A DNA stretch of 64,000 nucleotides from IMG/VR virus record IMGVR_UViG_3300048914_000195; one strand, 5' to 3'. Position numbers and translations under genes: made by a program. This DNA is from a virus. Shown here piece after piece: positions 53,170 to 61,398 of this stretch (its first letter is position 1; every line of letters starts with the position of its first letter). The notes below the pieces were generated by a model. The model was not told the DNA's origin. It ran no database searches and worked only from the letters and a program-made list of their open reading frames with translations.

Positions 53170-53529
53170 TTATGGGTAAATGTATTCTTCCATTGGGAAT
53201 GGCCAGTATTCGAATGGCAATAATATGTTAAGGCATATCCCGTTTAGAAAATTAGACGTGGTTAATAGTGCCGATTCGTATGTGCCTCTGGATATATTGC
53301 ACTTTCTACAAGAGAGCTTTACATATTCGTAATCGTTTTTTTGTGCATACCGTCTTATATCTAACTTGGAATAGACATGTTCTATTGAGGCTGAATCATC
53401 CCTATTACCGCTTTTCTGGTCTCCACTTATGGGTAGCCGTGTTTTGATGCCACAATAGCAGCAATACCCCTTGTTTTTTCGGTATAACCGCTTTAACACG
53501 CGGCGGCACCCTTTATTGCCTTTCATCAC
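53170..53529 (-). CDS. HNH endonuclease
   Basis: CCYCGIKT ... SIEHVYSK ... SCRKCNISRG matches the CxxC...H...CxxCN HNH zinc-finger pattern. Confidence 0.7.
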   Translation of the reverse strand: MMKGNKGCRRVLKRLYRKNKGYCCYCGIKTRLPISGDQKSGNRDDSASIEHVYSKLDIRRYAQKNDYEYVKLSCRKCNISRGTYESALLTTSNFLNGICLNILLPFEYWPFPMEEYIYP

Positions 53530-53716
53530 TAATCGCTTTACTCAAGCACATGTTTAGGTAATCATCTACCGGCATTAAATGTGAAACTAGCCGCGCATCG
53601 TCGCGTATCCTGCACATCATTTTTTCTGTTAGGCCGCTTGAGTGTGTAAACATAAATGACCACAGTTGGGAGGCGTATACAAGGCGTTGACCTGGTTTGA
53701 GTTCTGTTGATAACAT
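53513..53716 (-). CDS. hypothetical protein (67 aa)
   Basis: Track ORF. Confidence 0.45.
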   Translation of the reverse strand: MLSTELKPGQRLVYASQLWSFMFTHSSGLTEKMMCRIRDDARLVSHLMPVDDYLNMCLSKAISDERQ

Positions 53717-53727
53717 GTCAGGTTAAT

Positions 53728-54102
53728 TTAAAGGTAAGAAAGTGGCGCATCTCCATTCATTTGCTCTTCCCAGTCATCCGGCAGGCCGTTTTGCAAGAAA
53801 AACAAGATCCTCTTGGCGGCTCCGGTTGGAGAGTTGTCTACATAGCGCCAAGAATACCCGAACATATAAAGGAAATCTTCTGTAGACTCTACAAATACAC
53901 GATCAGAATATTCACCCCAAGTTTCGCCTTGAATTTTTTCTATTCCGGCATATGGCCCATGCCCAATCGCACATCCAACAGTACCGCAATTCGTACTAAG
54001 TGGGCCACTAGTTAAACTATAGTATTGTGCCATGCTGAAATCGGCCTGTAATTTATCAGAAAGCAGGTAATCTGCGAGCTTTTGTAAGTTTTCTCTGTTC
54101 AT
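53728..54102 (-). CDS. hypothetical protein, GTVGCAxGHGPYAGI family (copy 1)
   Basis: MNRENLQKLADYLLSDKLQADF...CGTVGCAIGHGPYAGIEK...DNSPTGAAKRILFFL. Paralogous to 58235..58621 and 58635..59069. Confidence 0.6.
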   Translation of the reverse strand: MNRENLQKLADYLLSDKLQADFSMAQYYSLTSGPLSTNCGTVGCAIGHGPYAGIEKIQGETWGEYSDRVFVESTEDFLYMFGYSWRYVDNSPTGAAKRILFFLQNGLPDDWEEQMNGDAPLSYL

Positions 54103-54115
54103 ATATGAGAAGGTT

Positions 54116-54466
54116 TTATTGATTTTCGTATTTCTCTCTAAGGCGATTTAATGCGGTTGCCCCTTCTTCCGTAAGGCCGCTTAAATCCCAGTAAATGGAA
54201 GTGTCATGAAGGAATTGGAGTTCTTGCCAAAAGTAAGGGTCATGGCCTCTGTATTGTGGTTTTAAAAAGTTATCCCCATTATTCAATAATTCACTAGCAA
54301 ACAAGAGCGAGGATACCTCCTCCGGGTGAATTAAGGCTCTTCCAACAGCACACATTTTACCTTCTGAAGTGAAGTATGAGCATGTCCCATTTGTTTCAAG
54401 TCCACGCCTGTTAGTGTCCTCAGCGTAATAATTTACTGTTTCTTCTATGATCTCTATCTTTGTCAT
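54116..54466 (-). CDS. hypothetical protein (116 aa)
   Basis: Track ORF. GKMCAVGRALIHPE may be distantly related to the neighbouring family. Confidence 0.55.
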   Translation of the reverse strand: MTKIEIIEETVNYYAEDTNRRGLETNGTCSYFTSEGKMCAVGRALIHPEEVSSLLFASELLNNGDNFLKPQYRGHDPYFWQELQFLHDTSIYWDLSGLTEEGATALNRLREKYENQ

Positions 54467-54681
54467 AATATTGTATTATGATTACCTAGTAAGGTTGTGT
54501 ATAAAATGTTATATATGCCTTTATGGATAGATAAAGTATGTTCTAATTTATCTATTTGCTTGCGATTGTCTCTTAAATAATTGTGAATAAGATACTCCCA
54601 TCTTATTTTTTCTTCAATTTCAAAGATTTTACGCGTTACCGCATCGAGCCTTTGTAGAGCAAGTTTTTCGTATATACTCAT
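54463..54681 (-). CDS. hypothetical protein (72 aa)
   Basis: Track ORF with ATGA-type overlaps. Confidence 0.5.
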   Translation of the reverse strand: MSIYEKLALQRLDAVTRKIFEIEEKIRWEYLIHNYLRDNRKQIDKLEHTLSIHKGIYNILYTTLLGNHNTIL

Positions 54682-54881
54682 GGTGTATTAATTAGTGTTA
54701 ATATGTATTGCTTTATCTGCTTGTCTTCTTCACGTTGTCTCCACTTGTAGTACTTGATTAGCCAAGTGTATCTTGCAACCCTCTTTGTGTTCTTCCTATT
54801 AGGCTTACTGTCAAGTGTTTCCTTTGCCTTTTTCACCCTTTTCTTTAAGACTGAAACACATTTATGGTAGTCTTTCATCAT
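54678..54881 (-). CDS. hypothetical basic protein (67 aa)
   Basis: Track ORF, first gene after the terminator that follows the sigma-factor gene. Confidence 0.5.
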   Translation of the reverse strand: MMKDYHKCVSVLKKRVKKAKETLDSKPNRKNTKRVARYTWLIKYYKWRQREEDKQIKQYILTLINTP

Positions 54882-54907
54882 GATAATTATGTGTTAAATT
54901 ATAGAGT

Positions 54908-54938
54908 TAAAAAATACAGCGTCAAGAATAACGCCGTC
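54908..54938 (-). terminator. intrinsic terminator after sigma-factor gene
   Basis: Minus sense: ACGGCGT-TATTCTTG-ACGCTGT (7 bp including one G-U) followed by ATTTTTT. Confidence 0.5.
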
Positions 54939-54964
54939 GTATAAACTGTGTAACCTATACATGC

Positions 54965-55477
54965 TTATTGTAAGAAGTCTTCAATATTATATCTTGATCT
55001 TATGGCTTTACAAGCAGTGTGAATATGTACATTCAGGGTACTAACAGATATTCCATTTAACGCTGCATATTTATTTCTATTGAACCCATCTGTGAGCATT
55101 GCTTGTACAGCTTTCATTTGTTTGCCTGTCAGAAAATTGAGAGCCGGTATTTTTATGTGCCTGTTCTCGTCTTCTGCAATAAGATTATGTTCTTCGTCAA
55201 TTGTGATCAGTAGTTTTGATTGTTTTATGAATCTGAAGCACCTGTATTTTATGCTTTGGCACAGATACCCTCGCAAAGAGGACTTTTTCAGTGTCAGTTT
55301 GTGAAGCGTTTTTTTAATCCAGAATGTGATAAAAAGCTCTTGCACCATGTTTTCGGAAATCTCCACGTCTTTTATAATCTTCACCGATTGGTTAACTAAA
55401 TATTCAAAGCTCTGTTTATATATCTCAGCAAAGGCTGCATCATCACCGGATTGTAAACGCTGTAATAGCGAATCCAT
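54965..55477 (-). CDS. ECF-type sigma-70 family RNA polymerase sigma factor
   Basis: 170 aa. The region-2-like part is LQSGDDAAFAEIYKQSFEYLVNQSVKIIKDVEISENMVQELFITFW. The region-4 HTH-like part is LTGKQMKAVQAMLTDGFNRNKYAALNGISVSTLNVHIHTACKAIR. Confidence 0.75.
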   Translation of the reverse strand: MDSLLQRLQSGDDAAFAEIYKQSFEYLVNQSVKIIKDVEISENMVQELFITFWIKKTLHKLTLKKSSLRGYLCQSIKYRCFRFIKQSKLLITIDEEHNLIAEDENRHIKIPALNFLTGKQMKAVQAMLTDGFNRNKYAALNGISVSTLNVHIHTACKAIRSRYNIEDFLQ

Positions 55478-55509
55478 GTGTAATGATTTTAAGAGGGAAG
55501 AAGTTGATA

Positions 55510-55911
55510 CTATTCCTCGATTTCTATTTCGTGAATAGTGAACCCGTGATATAAGAATGTCGCGGCATGCAAATCGCTCTCAAGCAAGTCCATTGACAGA
55601 TACATTGGACTTGCTTGTCTTCTGAAAGGCGTTTCTGTCCCTGTCCTCCAGCTGGCAAAATAATATTTCACCTTGACTGGAGACATAAAAAGATCCTCCG
55701 CACTTGCTTGATCGTTCTCCCAAAAACGGCCTGTTTTTGTATACCTATTAAGGGTTCCATTACGATCAATTGCTAATAACGGATATGTTGAATGGGCGTT
55801 TATTCTGTTTTTAGACAAAAAAAGCTCTAACTCTGCCAGGGTACCGTCTCGATAACAAACCGGTTCACCCTTCAGCGCCTTCTCTATATCAAATGGTTTA
55901 AGCTTGCTCAT
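55510..55911 (-). CDS. hypothetical protein, KPFD family (copy 1)
   Basis: MSKLKPFDIEKALKGEPV... ends in HEIEIEE. Paralogous to 56730..57128 and 57121..57513. Confidence 0.55.
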   Translation of the reverse strand: MSKLKPFDIEKALKGEPVCYRDGTLAELELFLSKNRINAHSTYPLLAIDRNGTLNRYTKTGRFWENDQASAEDLFMSPVKVKYYFASWRTGTETPFRRQASPMYLSMDLLESDLHAATFLYHGFTIHEIEIEE

Positions 55912-55937
55912 TGTTTCTATTTTTTTGTGGTTGTGAA

Positions 55938-56255
55938 TTAGTTTTCTTTTTTAACGGCTGGATCCTGAATTTGATCAGTGTTGATATACTGTTTGTATTC
56001 CTTGCCGGATTTCGATGTACGAAGCGCGTACAACTTACCAGTTTTAGACTGGAACAGCGGCCATTTATTGCCCTGTAAGTCTATGAGGAATTTCCCTGTA
56101 TTAACGTCCTGTGTGTGGTCTTTTACGCGCTCAGACATTTTTAGGTTCCCTTGTGTGTCCTTGATAAGCGTTTGTGCTGACGCGGTGGTATTGCTGATGC
56201 AAAACAAGGCGGCAGACAGCACCAGAGATTTAAGTAGGGTTGTTATCTTTTTCAT
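55938..56255 (-). CDS. secreted small protein (signal peptide)
   Basis: MKKITTLLKSLVLSAALFCISNTTASAQ is followed by a Lys-rich body. Confidence 0.55.
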   Translation of the reverse strand: MKKITTLLKSLVLSAALFCISNTTASAQTLIKDTQGNLKMSERVKDHTQDVNTGKFLIDLQGNKWPLFQSKTGKLYALRTSKSGKEYKQYINTDQIQDPAVKKEN

Positions 56256-56277
56256 GTTTTGATGATTGTATCTATTA

Positions 56278-56712
56278 TTAGATGCCGAGAAGCTTGCTGA
56301 TCAGCCGGAGGTCGTTGACGCAACGAATTGTGCCGCAGTAGACCTGAAACCATGGAACAATCCATGGATCTGGATTATGGCGCTGAATTGCCCAGCAGTG
56401 AGGGGTATGACCTTCAAGTTCCTGCATGCCTTCAGTCGCTATACTAAGCTGGTACTTGAAGCCGTTATTTTCTTTGAACCAGTGATACCCAGTATCATTT
56501 ACTTTCCATCCTTCAGCCTCTATCTGATCAGCGGTGAGGTAGGGAACGCGTATCCCTCCATTTGGCAGTTCTGTTACGACATAAAAAAGTTGAGACCACT
56601 CGGTTACTTTATTTGGACGCCATATGTCGGTTACGATGGCGTCTTGCCTGTCGTATTCTGAGCCTATTCTCAGATCCTCCAGAGCGGGGGTGTAGTACTT
56701 CTGTTCTTCCAT
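56278..56712 (-). CDS. hypothetical protein (144 aa)
   Basis: Track ORF. Confidence 0.55.
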   Translation of the reverse strand: MEEQKYYTPALEDLRIGSEYDRQDAIVTDIWRPNKVTEWSQLFYVVTELPNGGIRVPYLTADQIEAEGWKVNDTGYHWFKENNGFKYQLSIATEGMQELEGHTPHCWAIQRHNPDPWIVPWFQVYCGTIRCVNDLRLISKLLGI

Positions 56713-56729
56713 TTTAGTAGATTTTAATG

Positions 56730-57128
56730 TTAGACTTCAATTTCTATAGGAATCGTATCGTGAACAGCAAACCCGGCGATCACTAATTTATCTCTATGTA
56801 TTTTGGCAGTTGCTTGATCATCATGGGGGCGCTGTGTCACTTGGATAAGAGCGGCGTTGTTTGCTGCACTGTATTTAGAATATATATTTATCCACACTTC
56901 TTTTTTCTCGGCGACCATAAATAGGTTGCCCCATTTATTTTCGAACCCGTTACCGGTAGTGCCGTCTTCTCTGGCATATAGGTAATCGCCACCCGCAACC
57001 CCTACTATCGAGAAATAGCTTTCCTGCAAGTCTTTAAAAAGGGTGATCTGTGTTACAGGTAGGCCACTCCCTGTTATTACCGGGAACCCGGTCAGAGCTT
57101 TTTGTAGGTCAAAAGGTTTCTTATTCAT
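56730..57128 (-). CDS. hypothetical protein, KPFD family (copy 2)
   Basis: The start is moved to MNKKPFDLQKALTGFPV (ATG 57128), which aligns with its paralogues. The track start 57173 would overlap the upstream gene by 53 nt. Confidence 0.55.
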   Translation of the reverse strand: MNKKPFDLQKALTGFPVITGSGLPVTQITLFKDLQESYFSIVGVAGGDYLYAREDGTTGNGFENKWGNLFMVAEKKEVWINIYSKYSAANNAALIQVTQRPHDDQATAKIHRDKLVIAGFAVHDTIPIEIEV

Positions 57129-57513
57129 AGCGAATGATTTTGTGGGTTTGGATCGTAGTGTTATCGATGTCAAGGTCGTTTACTAATTGTTCTATCGCTT
57201 CCTGCTCATTTTCTACAGGCAGCGAAGTATATACTGAGGATTGCTCGTTTATTATTTTCCCAGTAGCCACCCAGTATTCAACCTCTTTTGGCATCATGAC
57301 TACATCGAAGCCATTACCGTTATCTTCCGGAATCAACCGTCCGTCGATCATGTGAAATCTATGTATGCCGGATGAATCAATCGAAATTACCGGCGGGTAA
57401 TTACCGGACGCTCTAATTGCGGAGTAATAGACCTCCAATTTGGTTTGTCCGTTTCTAAACTGAACGGGATGACCCAATGAAAAAAGTTCGTGGTCAAAAG
57501 GTTTATATTTCAT
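57121..57513 (-). CDS. hypothetical protein, KPFD family (copy 3)
   Basis: MKYKPFDHELFSLGHPV... Confidence 0.55.
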   Translation of the reverse strand: MKYKPFDHELFSLGHPVQFRNGQTKLEVYYSAIRASGNYPPVISIDSSGIHRFHMIDGRLIPEDNGNGFDVVMMPKEVEYWVATGKIINEQSSVYTSLPVENEQEAIEQLVNDLDIDNTTIQTHKIIRYE

Positions 57514-57782
57514 ACTGTGACTTTTTCAGGTGATTGATTAAATAGTGACTCAGGAATTGACATGGGCGGCTGAATTTCTCTGAAGCACTCCCGCCAGAAA
57601 CTTACGGGTGAGTCACATCCGCAAGGACAATGAGTATGCTCACGTATATAAATATAGCCGTCCATATCGTCTCCATCATGGGTGACAATCTCCCCAAATT
57701 TAGGCCCCCCATTGTGAAAGCCTATGTGAGCGTTGTTCCATTTATCTTTCTTAATACATTCTAAAAGCGAACCTGGCTGCAT
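57510..57782 (-). CDS. hypothetical protein (90 aa)
   Basis: Track ORF. It has an HCPCGC Cys cluster. Confidence 0.5.
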   Translation of the reverse strand: MQPGSLLECIKKDKWNNAHIGFHNGGPKFGEIVTHDGDDMDGYIYIREHTHCPCGCDSPVSFWRECFREIQPPMSIPESLFNQSPEKVTV

Positions 57783-57787
57783 AAGAA

Positions 57788-57913
57788 CTATTTGAAGCGT
57801 GAGAAGTATTTAATCAGACCTGAAGGCTTTACAAGAACGACTACTGCCGAAACCACCGCCACAGCGCATAATGTCAGCATGACATATAAAGGGAGAAATT
57901 TTAAAAGTTCCAT
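57788..57913 (-). CDS. small membrane peptide (41 aa), below track cutoff
   Basis: Manual translation gives MELLKFLPLYVMLTLCAVAVVSAVVVLVKPSGLIKYFSRFK. Confidence 0.35.
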   Translation of the reverse strand: MELLKFLPLYVMLTLCAVAVVSAVVVLVKPSGLIKYFSRFK

Positions 57914-57952
57914 ATTAATGGTGTTTAAAGATTGTTTGTGATAATTCGTTTA

Positions 57953-58195
57953 CTACTCAATTATCTTTTCGTGATAAATAAGTGAATATTTGGAAGAGGA
58001 GAATTTTATGATATGTACTCCGAAATCCTCATAAGGGATTTTAAGACAAAGTAAATTTACCAGACCTGAAAACGCTTCAATTCTGATGTTAGTAAAATTA
58101 ATGACTAGCGCGGGGTATTCTAACGCTGGTGATATCTCGCCTGTTAGGCCAAATTCCGATTTAAGGAATTCTTTCAACTCGTTTAAGCTTTTCAT
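57953..58195 (-). CDS. hypothetical protein (80 aa)
   Basis: Track ORF. Confidence 0.5.
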   Translation of the reverse strand: MKSLNELKEFLKSEFGLTGEISPALEYPALVINFTNIRIEAFSGLVNLLCLKIPYEDFGVHIIKFSSSKYSLIYHEKIIE

Positions 58196-58234
58196 GATGA
58201 CTTAGCAGTGAGTGTTTTGTGAATGAATTAGCGC

Positions 58235-58621
58235 TTATCGATAGCAAAGAGGGGATTTACCACTCATCTGCTTACTAAAATCAACAGGGACTCCATGCTT
58301 TAGCATGTAAATAATGCGCTTGCCCGCCCCCTCTGGCGTATTGTCTGTGTAGGCCCATGGTGAACCAAAGCACCACCGTTTTTCTACAGAAAAAGAATCC
58401 AAGTCAAAGACGCGCTCAATGTATTCTTCCCAAGTCTCATATTCATTCTTGCGAATTCCGGCATATGGGCCGTGGCCCGCTGCACATCCGACGGTACCAC
58501 AATCCGTACGATCATGCCCCGACATCCACCCGTCTTGGGTGTAACGTGACATATCGAACTTGGCTTTCAAGTTGTCAGACAATAAATACTGCGCGAGTTT
58601 TTCTAAATTAGCTCTATTCAT
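58235..58621 (-). CDS. hypothetical protein, GTVGCAxGHGPYAGI family (copy 2)
   Basis: MNRANLEKLAQYLLSDNLKAKFDM...CGTVGCAAGHGPYAGIRK...DNTPEGAGKRIIYML. Confidence 0.6.
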   Translation of the reverse strand: MNRANLEKLAQYLLSDNLKAKFDMSRYTQDGWMSGHDRTDCGTVGCAAGHGPYAGIRKNEYETWEEYIERVFDLDSFSVEKRWCFGSPWAYTDNTPEGAGKRIIYMLKHGVPVDFSKQMSGKSPLCYR

Positions 58622-58634
58622 GGTTTAGCTTTTT

Positions 58635-59069
58635 TTACTGTGGTAAACTTAAATCGGTGTAAGAAAGTGGATAAAGGCCGTTTCTTTGGAGGTCGCAATT
58701 GTCAGGAAGGCCATATTTCAATAAGTATAAAATCCGCTTCCCTGCACCTTCCGGCGTGTTGTCAACACGGGCCCATGACTCATGAAATACCCATGCAAAC
58801 TCCGATCCTCCCCCATATTTATCAAGGCCAAAGGCTCTCTCTTGATAGCTGGGCCAATTTTCCTCCTGGTATTTTTCTATGCCGGCGTAGGGGCCATGGC
58901 CGAGTGCGCAACCAACAGACCCACAAGTCGTTGCTTCATTCATTTTAAACAGCAACTCATTATTGTCTGGACAGCTGCCCCACTCGGTGGTGTCTTCCAT
59001 ATCAAAAGCAGCTTTCAGGTTTCCGGACAAGAGATAGGTTGCGAGTTGTAAAAGATTTTTTTTGTTCAT
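58635..59069 (-). CDS. hypothetical protein, GTVGCAxGHGPYAGI family (copy 3)
   Basis: MNKKNLLQLATYLLSGNLKAAFDM...CGSVGCALGHGPYAGIEK...DNTPEGAGKRILYLL. Confidence 0.6.
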   Translation of the reverse strand: MNKKNLLQLATYLLSGNLKAAFDMEDTTEWGSCPDNNELLFKMNEATTCGSVGCALGHGPYAGIEKYQEENWPSYQERAFGLDKYGGGSEFAWVFHESWARVDNTPEGAGKRILYLLKYGLPDNCDLQRNGLYPLSYTDLSLPQ

Positions 59070-59080
59070 GAAGTGTATGT

Positions 59081-59374
59081 TTAAGAGAGTTCACAAAAGG
59101 TTTCTGCAAATTGATGGCTATTGTATACGCGGAACGGGGTTTTACGCTCAGGATCGCGCTGTCTGACTAAGAAATCACCCAGGTAGCAGATGAGGGTATA
59201 CGAGTTAGTATATATATACAGCCCGCATACCTTTCCATCGCCATTCAGCCGCAAAGAGAAACGATTATTACCCATGTACCCGTTTGCCCATTCCTGAACC
59301 GACATCAGATTTTCTTTACTGAGCTGTACAGCGTCGAATTTCTGCGGTTTGTGGAAAACGTATGTCTTAATCAT
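59081..59374 (-). CDS. hypothetical protein (97 aa)
   Basis: Track ORF. Confidence 0.5.
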   Translation of the reverse strand: MIKTYVFHKPQKFDAVQLSKENLMSVQEWANGYMGNNRFSLRLNGDGKVCGLYIYTNSYTLICYLGDFLVRQRDPERKTPFRVYNSHQFAETFCELS

Positions 59375-59580
59375 GTGCTGCGTTTTTTCCCGATTACAGT
59401 AATTGTTACTACGTTATTGCTATCGGCCGAGATATGGTTTTCATTGCTCCCCCAAATGGATTCTGAAACAAATAAGTCCAATTCGCCAAAATAGGTGGAG
59501 TGAAACACTAGTTCTCCGTCTTTAAACACTTCATATTCGCGTGTCTGGTTGTTGAAGTGTACTATGTATGTGGATTCCAT
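59371..59580 (-). CDS. hypothetical protein (69 aa)
   Basis: Track ORF with an ATGA overlap. Confidence 0.5.
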   Translation of the reverse strand: MESTYIVHFNNQTREYEVFKDGELVFHSTYFGELDLFVSESIWGSNENHISADSNNVVTITVIGKKRST

Positions 59581-59621
59581 GAGTAAAATTTTGTGTTAGG
59601 TAGTATAGTGGGGCGGGGGAA

Positions 59622-59798
59622 TTAGTTTTGATGGCTAATTGATATACTGTATAGCTCTTCTATTGTGTACCCAGCTATATAGGTCATCCCGCTTTTTACT
59701 TCACAAAGCGGGACTATTCCTAAAAGATCAAATCGCCAACCGTGTATGTGTTTTGTTACTAGATCCACACGCCCTGGTGTAAGTATTAACGCTTTCAT
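59622..59798 (-). CDS. small ORF (58 aa), below track cutoff
   Basis: Manual translation gives MKALILTPGRVDLVTKHIHGWRFDLLGIVPLCEVKSGMTYIAGYTIEELYSISISHQN. It has an ATGA overlap with the stop of 59795..60340. Confidence 0.4.
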   Translation of the reverse strand: MKALILTPGRVDLVTKHIHGWRFDLLGIVPLCEVKSGMTYIAGYTIEELYSISISHQN

Positions 59799-60340
59799 AT
59801 AAAGCTGGGAGTTAGGTGATATTTTTTTGGAGAAAGTATTTTATATACCTCTTCGAAAACGCGAGGGAGTAGCCCTTTATTAATTTGATCCTCCGCCGCT
59901 GTGTTTTTAAGGACATCGGATAGTGGATTAGTGGCAGTGTTGGAACCGCCAATATGATATATTTTTGCTGTTGATTGTAGTGTATAGAAGGTTTCGAACA
60001 GTTCAGATAATTTCCAGCCTTCCGACTCAGTAAAGGTGGTTTTAGTAAGAAGAGGGCAATTAAAGATGTTGTGTACATACTCTTTGTGTCCATCAATTTT
60101 GCCAATAAAAGAGGTGTCAATATGTCGATGAGAATCAATGCCTTTCGACTTACTCGGCAATCTGTTGTTGTAATATGTTTCAACATATCCAAATCCCCAG
60201 TACCAGTCACAATCCCAACTGGCTTCTTCAAGCCAATAATTAGTTCCGTATTCGTCTTGTCCTAACAGATACACTTCTTTACCAAATGCGTGGTCTATTT
60301 GATTGGCGAGTATTTTTTTTGAAGTTGAAGTGGTTGTCAT
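59795..60340 (-). CDS. hypothetical protein (181 aa)
   Basis: Track ORF with a Trp-rich motif WDCDWYWGFGY. Function unknown. Confidence 0.55.
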   Translation of the reverse strand: MTTTSTSKKILANQIDHAFGKEVYLLGQDEYGTNYWLEEASWDCDWYWGFGYVETYYNNRLPSKSKGIDSHRHIDTSFIGKIDGHKEYVHNIFNCPLLTKTTFTESEGWKLSELFETFYTLQSTAKIYHIGGSNTATNPLSDVLKNTAAEDQINKGLLPRVFEEVYKILSPKKYHLTPSFI

Positions 60341-60428
60341 GAGTGAAATATTTTTAAAGATGATAGGTTACTTATACTTTATTTGTTGATTATGTGCTGG
60401 CCTGTTTAGGCTCTTAAAGCCTCATCAG

Positions 60429-60662
60429 TTACCCTAGTCCATCTCCCATCCCTTCAGGTTGTTCGTTGTTACGTAGGGATTTATCCCAGATGAACTCTAA
60501 AAGGTCTAATACGGAGATGGGGTAGTTTTCAGTTCGTTCGTAGTCTCCATGATTAATATTAACCAATACATCTTCTCCGGATAATCGCGTACCAGTTACT
60601 TGTATAGAAGAAAAGGGAGACCTTTCCGACAGGAAAGCGGCTATTAAATCCTCTGCTGCCAT
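60429..60662 (-). CDS. hypothetical protein (77 aa)
   Basis: Track ORF. The upstream 65-nt spacer carries two GC-rich hairpins. Confidence 0.5.
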   Translation of the reverse strand: MAAEDLIAAFLSERSPFSSIQVTGTRLSGEDVLVNINHGDYERTENYPISVLDLLEFIWDKSLRNNEQPEGMGDGLG

Positions 60663-60727
60663 AAATATAATTTTGGTTAATACCGGTTTGCACCGGTTTC
60701 GGGGCGTTACCCCTCGTCAGTTAACCT

Positions 60728-61129
60728 TTATTCATAATCAAACATTCTGCAAACTTCCTCGGCGGCAAACCAGGCCATAAGATTAGTAATTGTAGATTGT
60801 TCGCATTTGCCACCGCCCAAATATTTGTACAGGTCTTTTCTATCGTCATTATCCATTGGGTCATTACGGAAGATTCCAAAATTTGAAACCATTGTTACAA
60901 CGTCTTCTCCCATGTCATCCGCCTGTTGTTCCAGCAACTTAACAATAAGTTTGCGGTAACGCATCGCAAACGCGTGGGTATCACTGGTATAGATAAAACC
61001 ATTATACCCGTTGGCAATACCGTAATTATTGATGTCTTGCACTGCGTCCATGCCAACACGATTGATTACAGCATTAATAAGGGTTTTGTAATCTCCATGG
61101 TATTTCAAAACTAATTTTTTGCTAATCAT
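60728..61129 (-). CDS. hypothetical protein (133 aa)
   Basis: Track ORF. No motif confidently recognised. Confidence 0.55.
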   Translation of the reverse strand: MISKKLVLKYHGDYKTLINAVINRVGMDAVQDINNYGIANGYNGFIYTSDTHAFAMRYRKLIVKLLEQQADDMGEDVVTMVSNFGIFRNDPMDNDDRKDLYKYLGGGKCEQSTITNLMAWFAAEEVCRMFDYE

Positions 61130-61189
61130 AGCTTATACGGTGTTTTAGCTGCTTTGCCGTCAGCAGGGGTTTGTTTAAATTTAGAATGC

Positions 61190-61366
61190 CTATTTTTTAG
61201 TGAAATGTTCCAGTCTTCTCTTTAGAGAAATTAATCTACGATAAAGAGCCGTGTTGTTTTTAGATTGAACTTGCTTGAGTAGCTTAGTGGCCTGTTCAAT
61301 AGCAAATTCACAGTCAGAGATGTCGCAACACTGAGATGCTTTGTAAATATGTTTCAGTTCTTTCAT
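61190..61366 (-). CDS. small ORF (58 aa), below track cutoff
   Basis: Manual translation gives MKELKHIYKASQCCDISDCEFAIEQATKLLKQVQSKNNTALYRRLISLKRRLEHFTKK. It fills the gap between two track ORFs on the same strand. Confidence 0.4.
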   Translation of the reverse strand: MKELKHIYKASQCCDISDCEFAIEQATKLLKQVQSKNNTALYRRLISLKRRLEHFTKK

Positions 61367-61398
61367 ATATTAGCTATTTAATAGCAGTTTGGTTGCCA

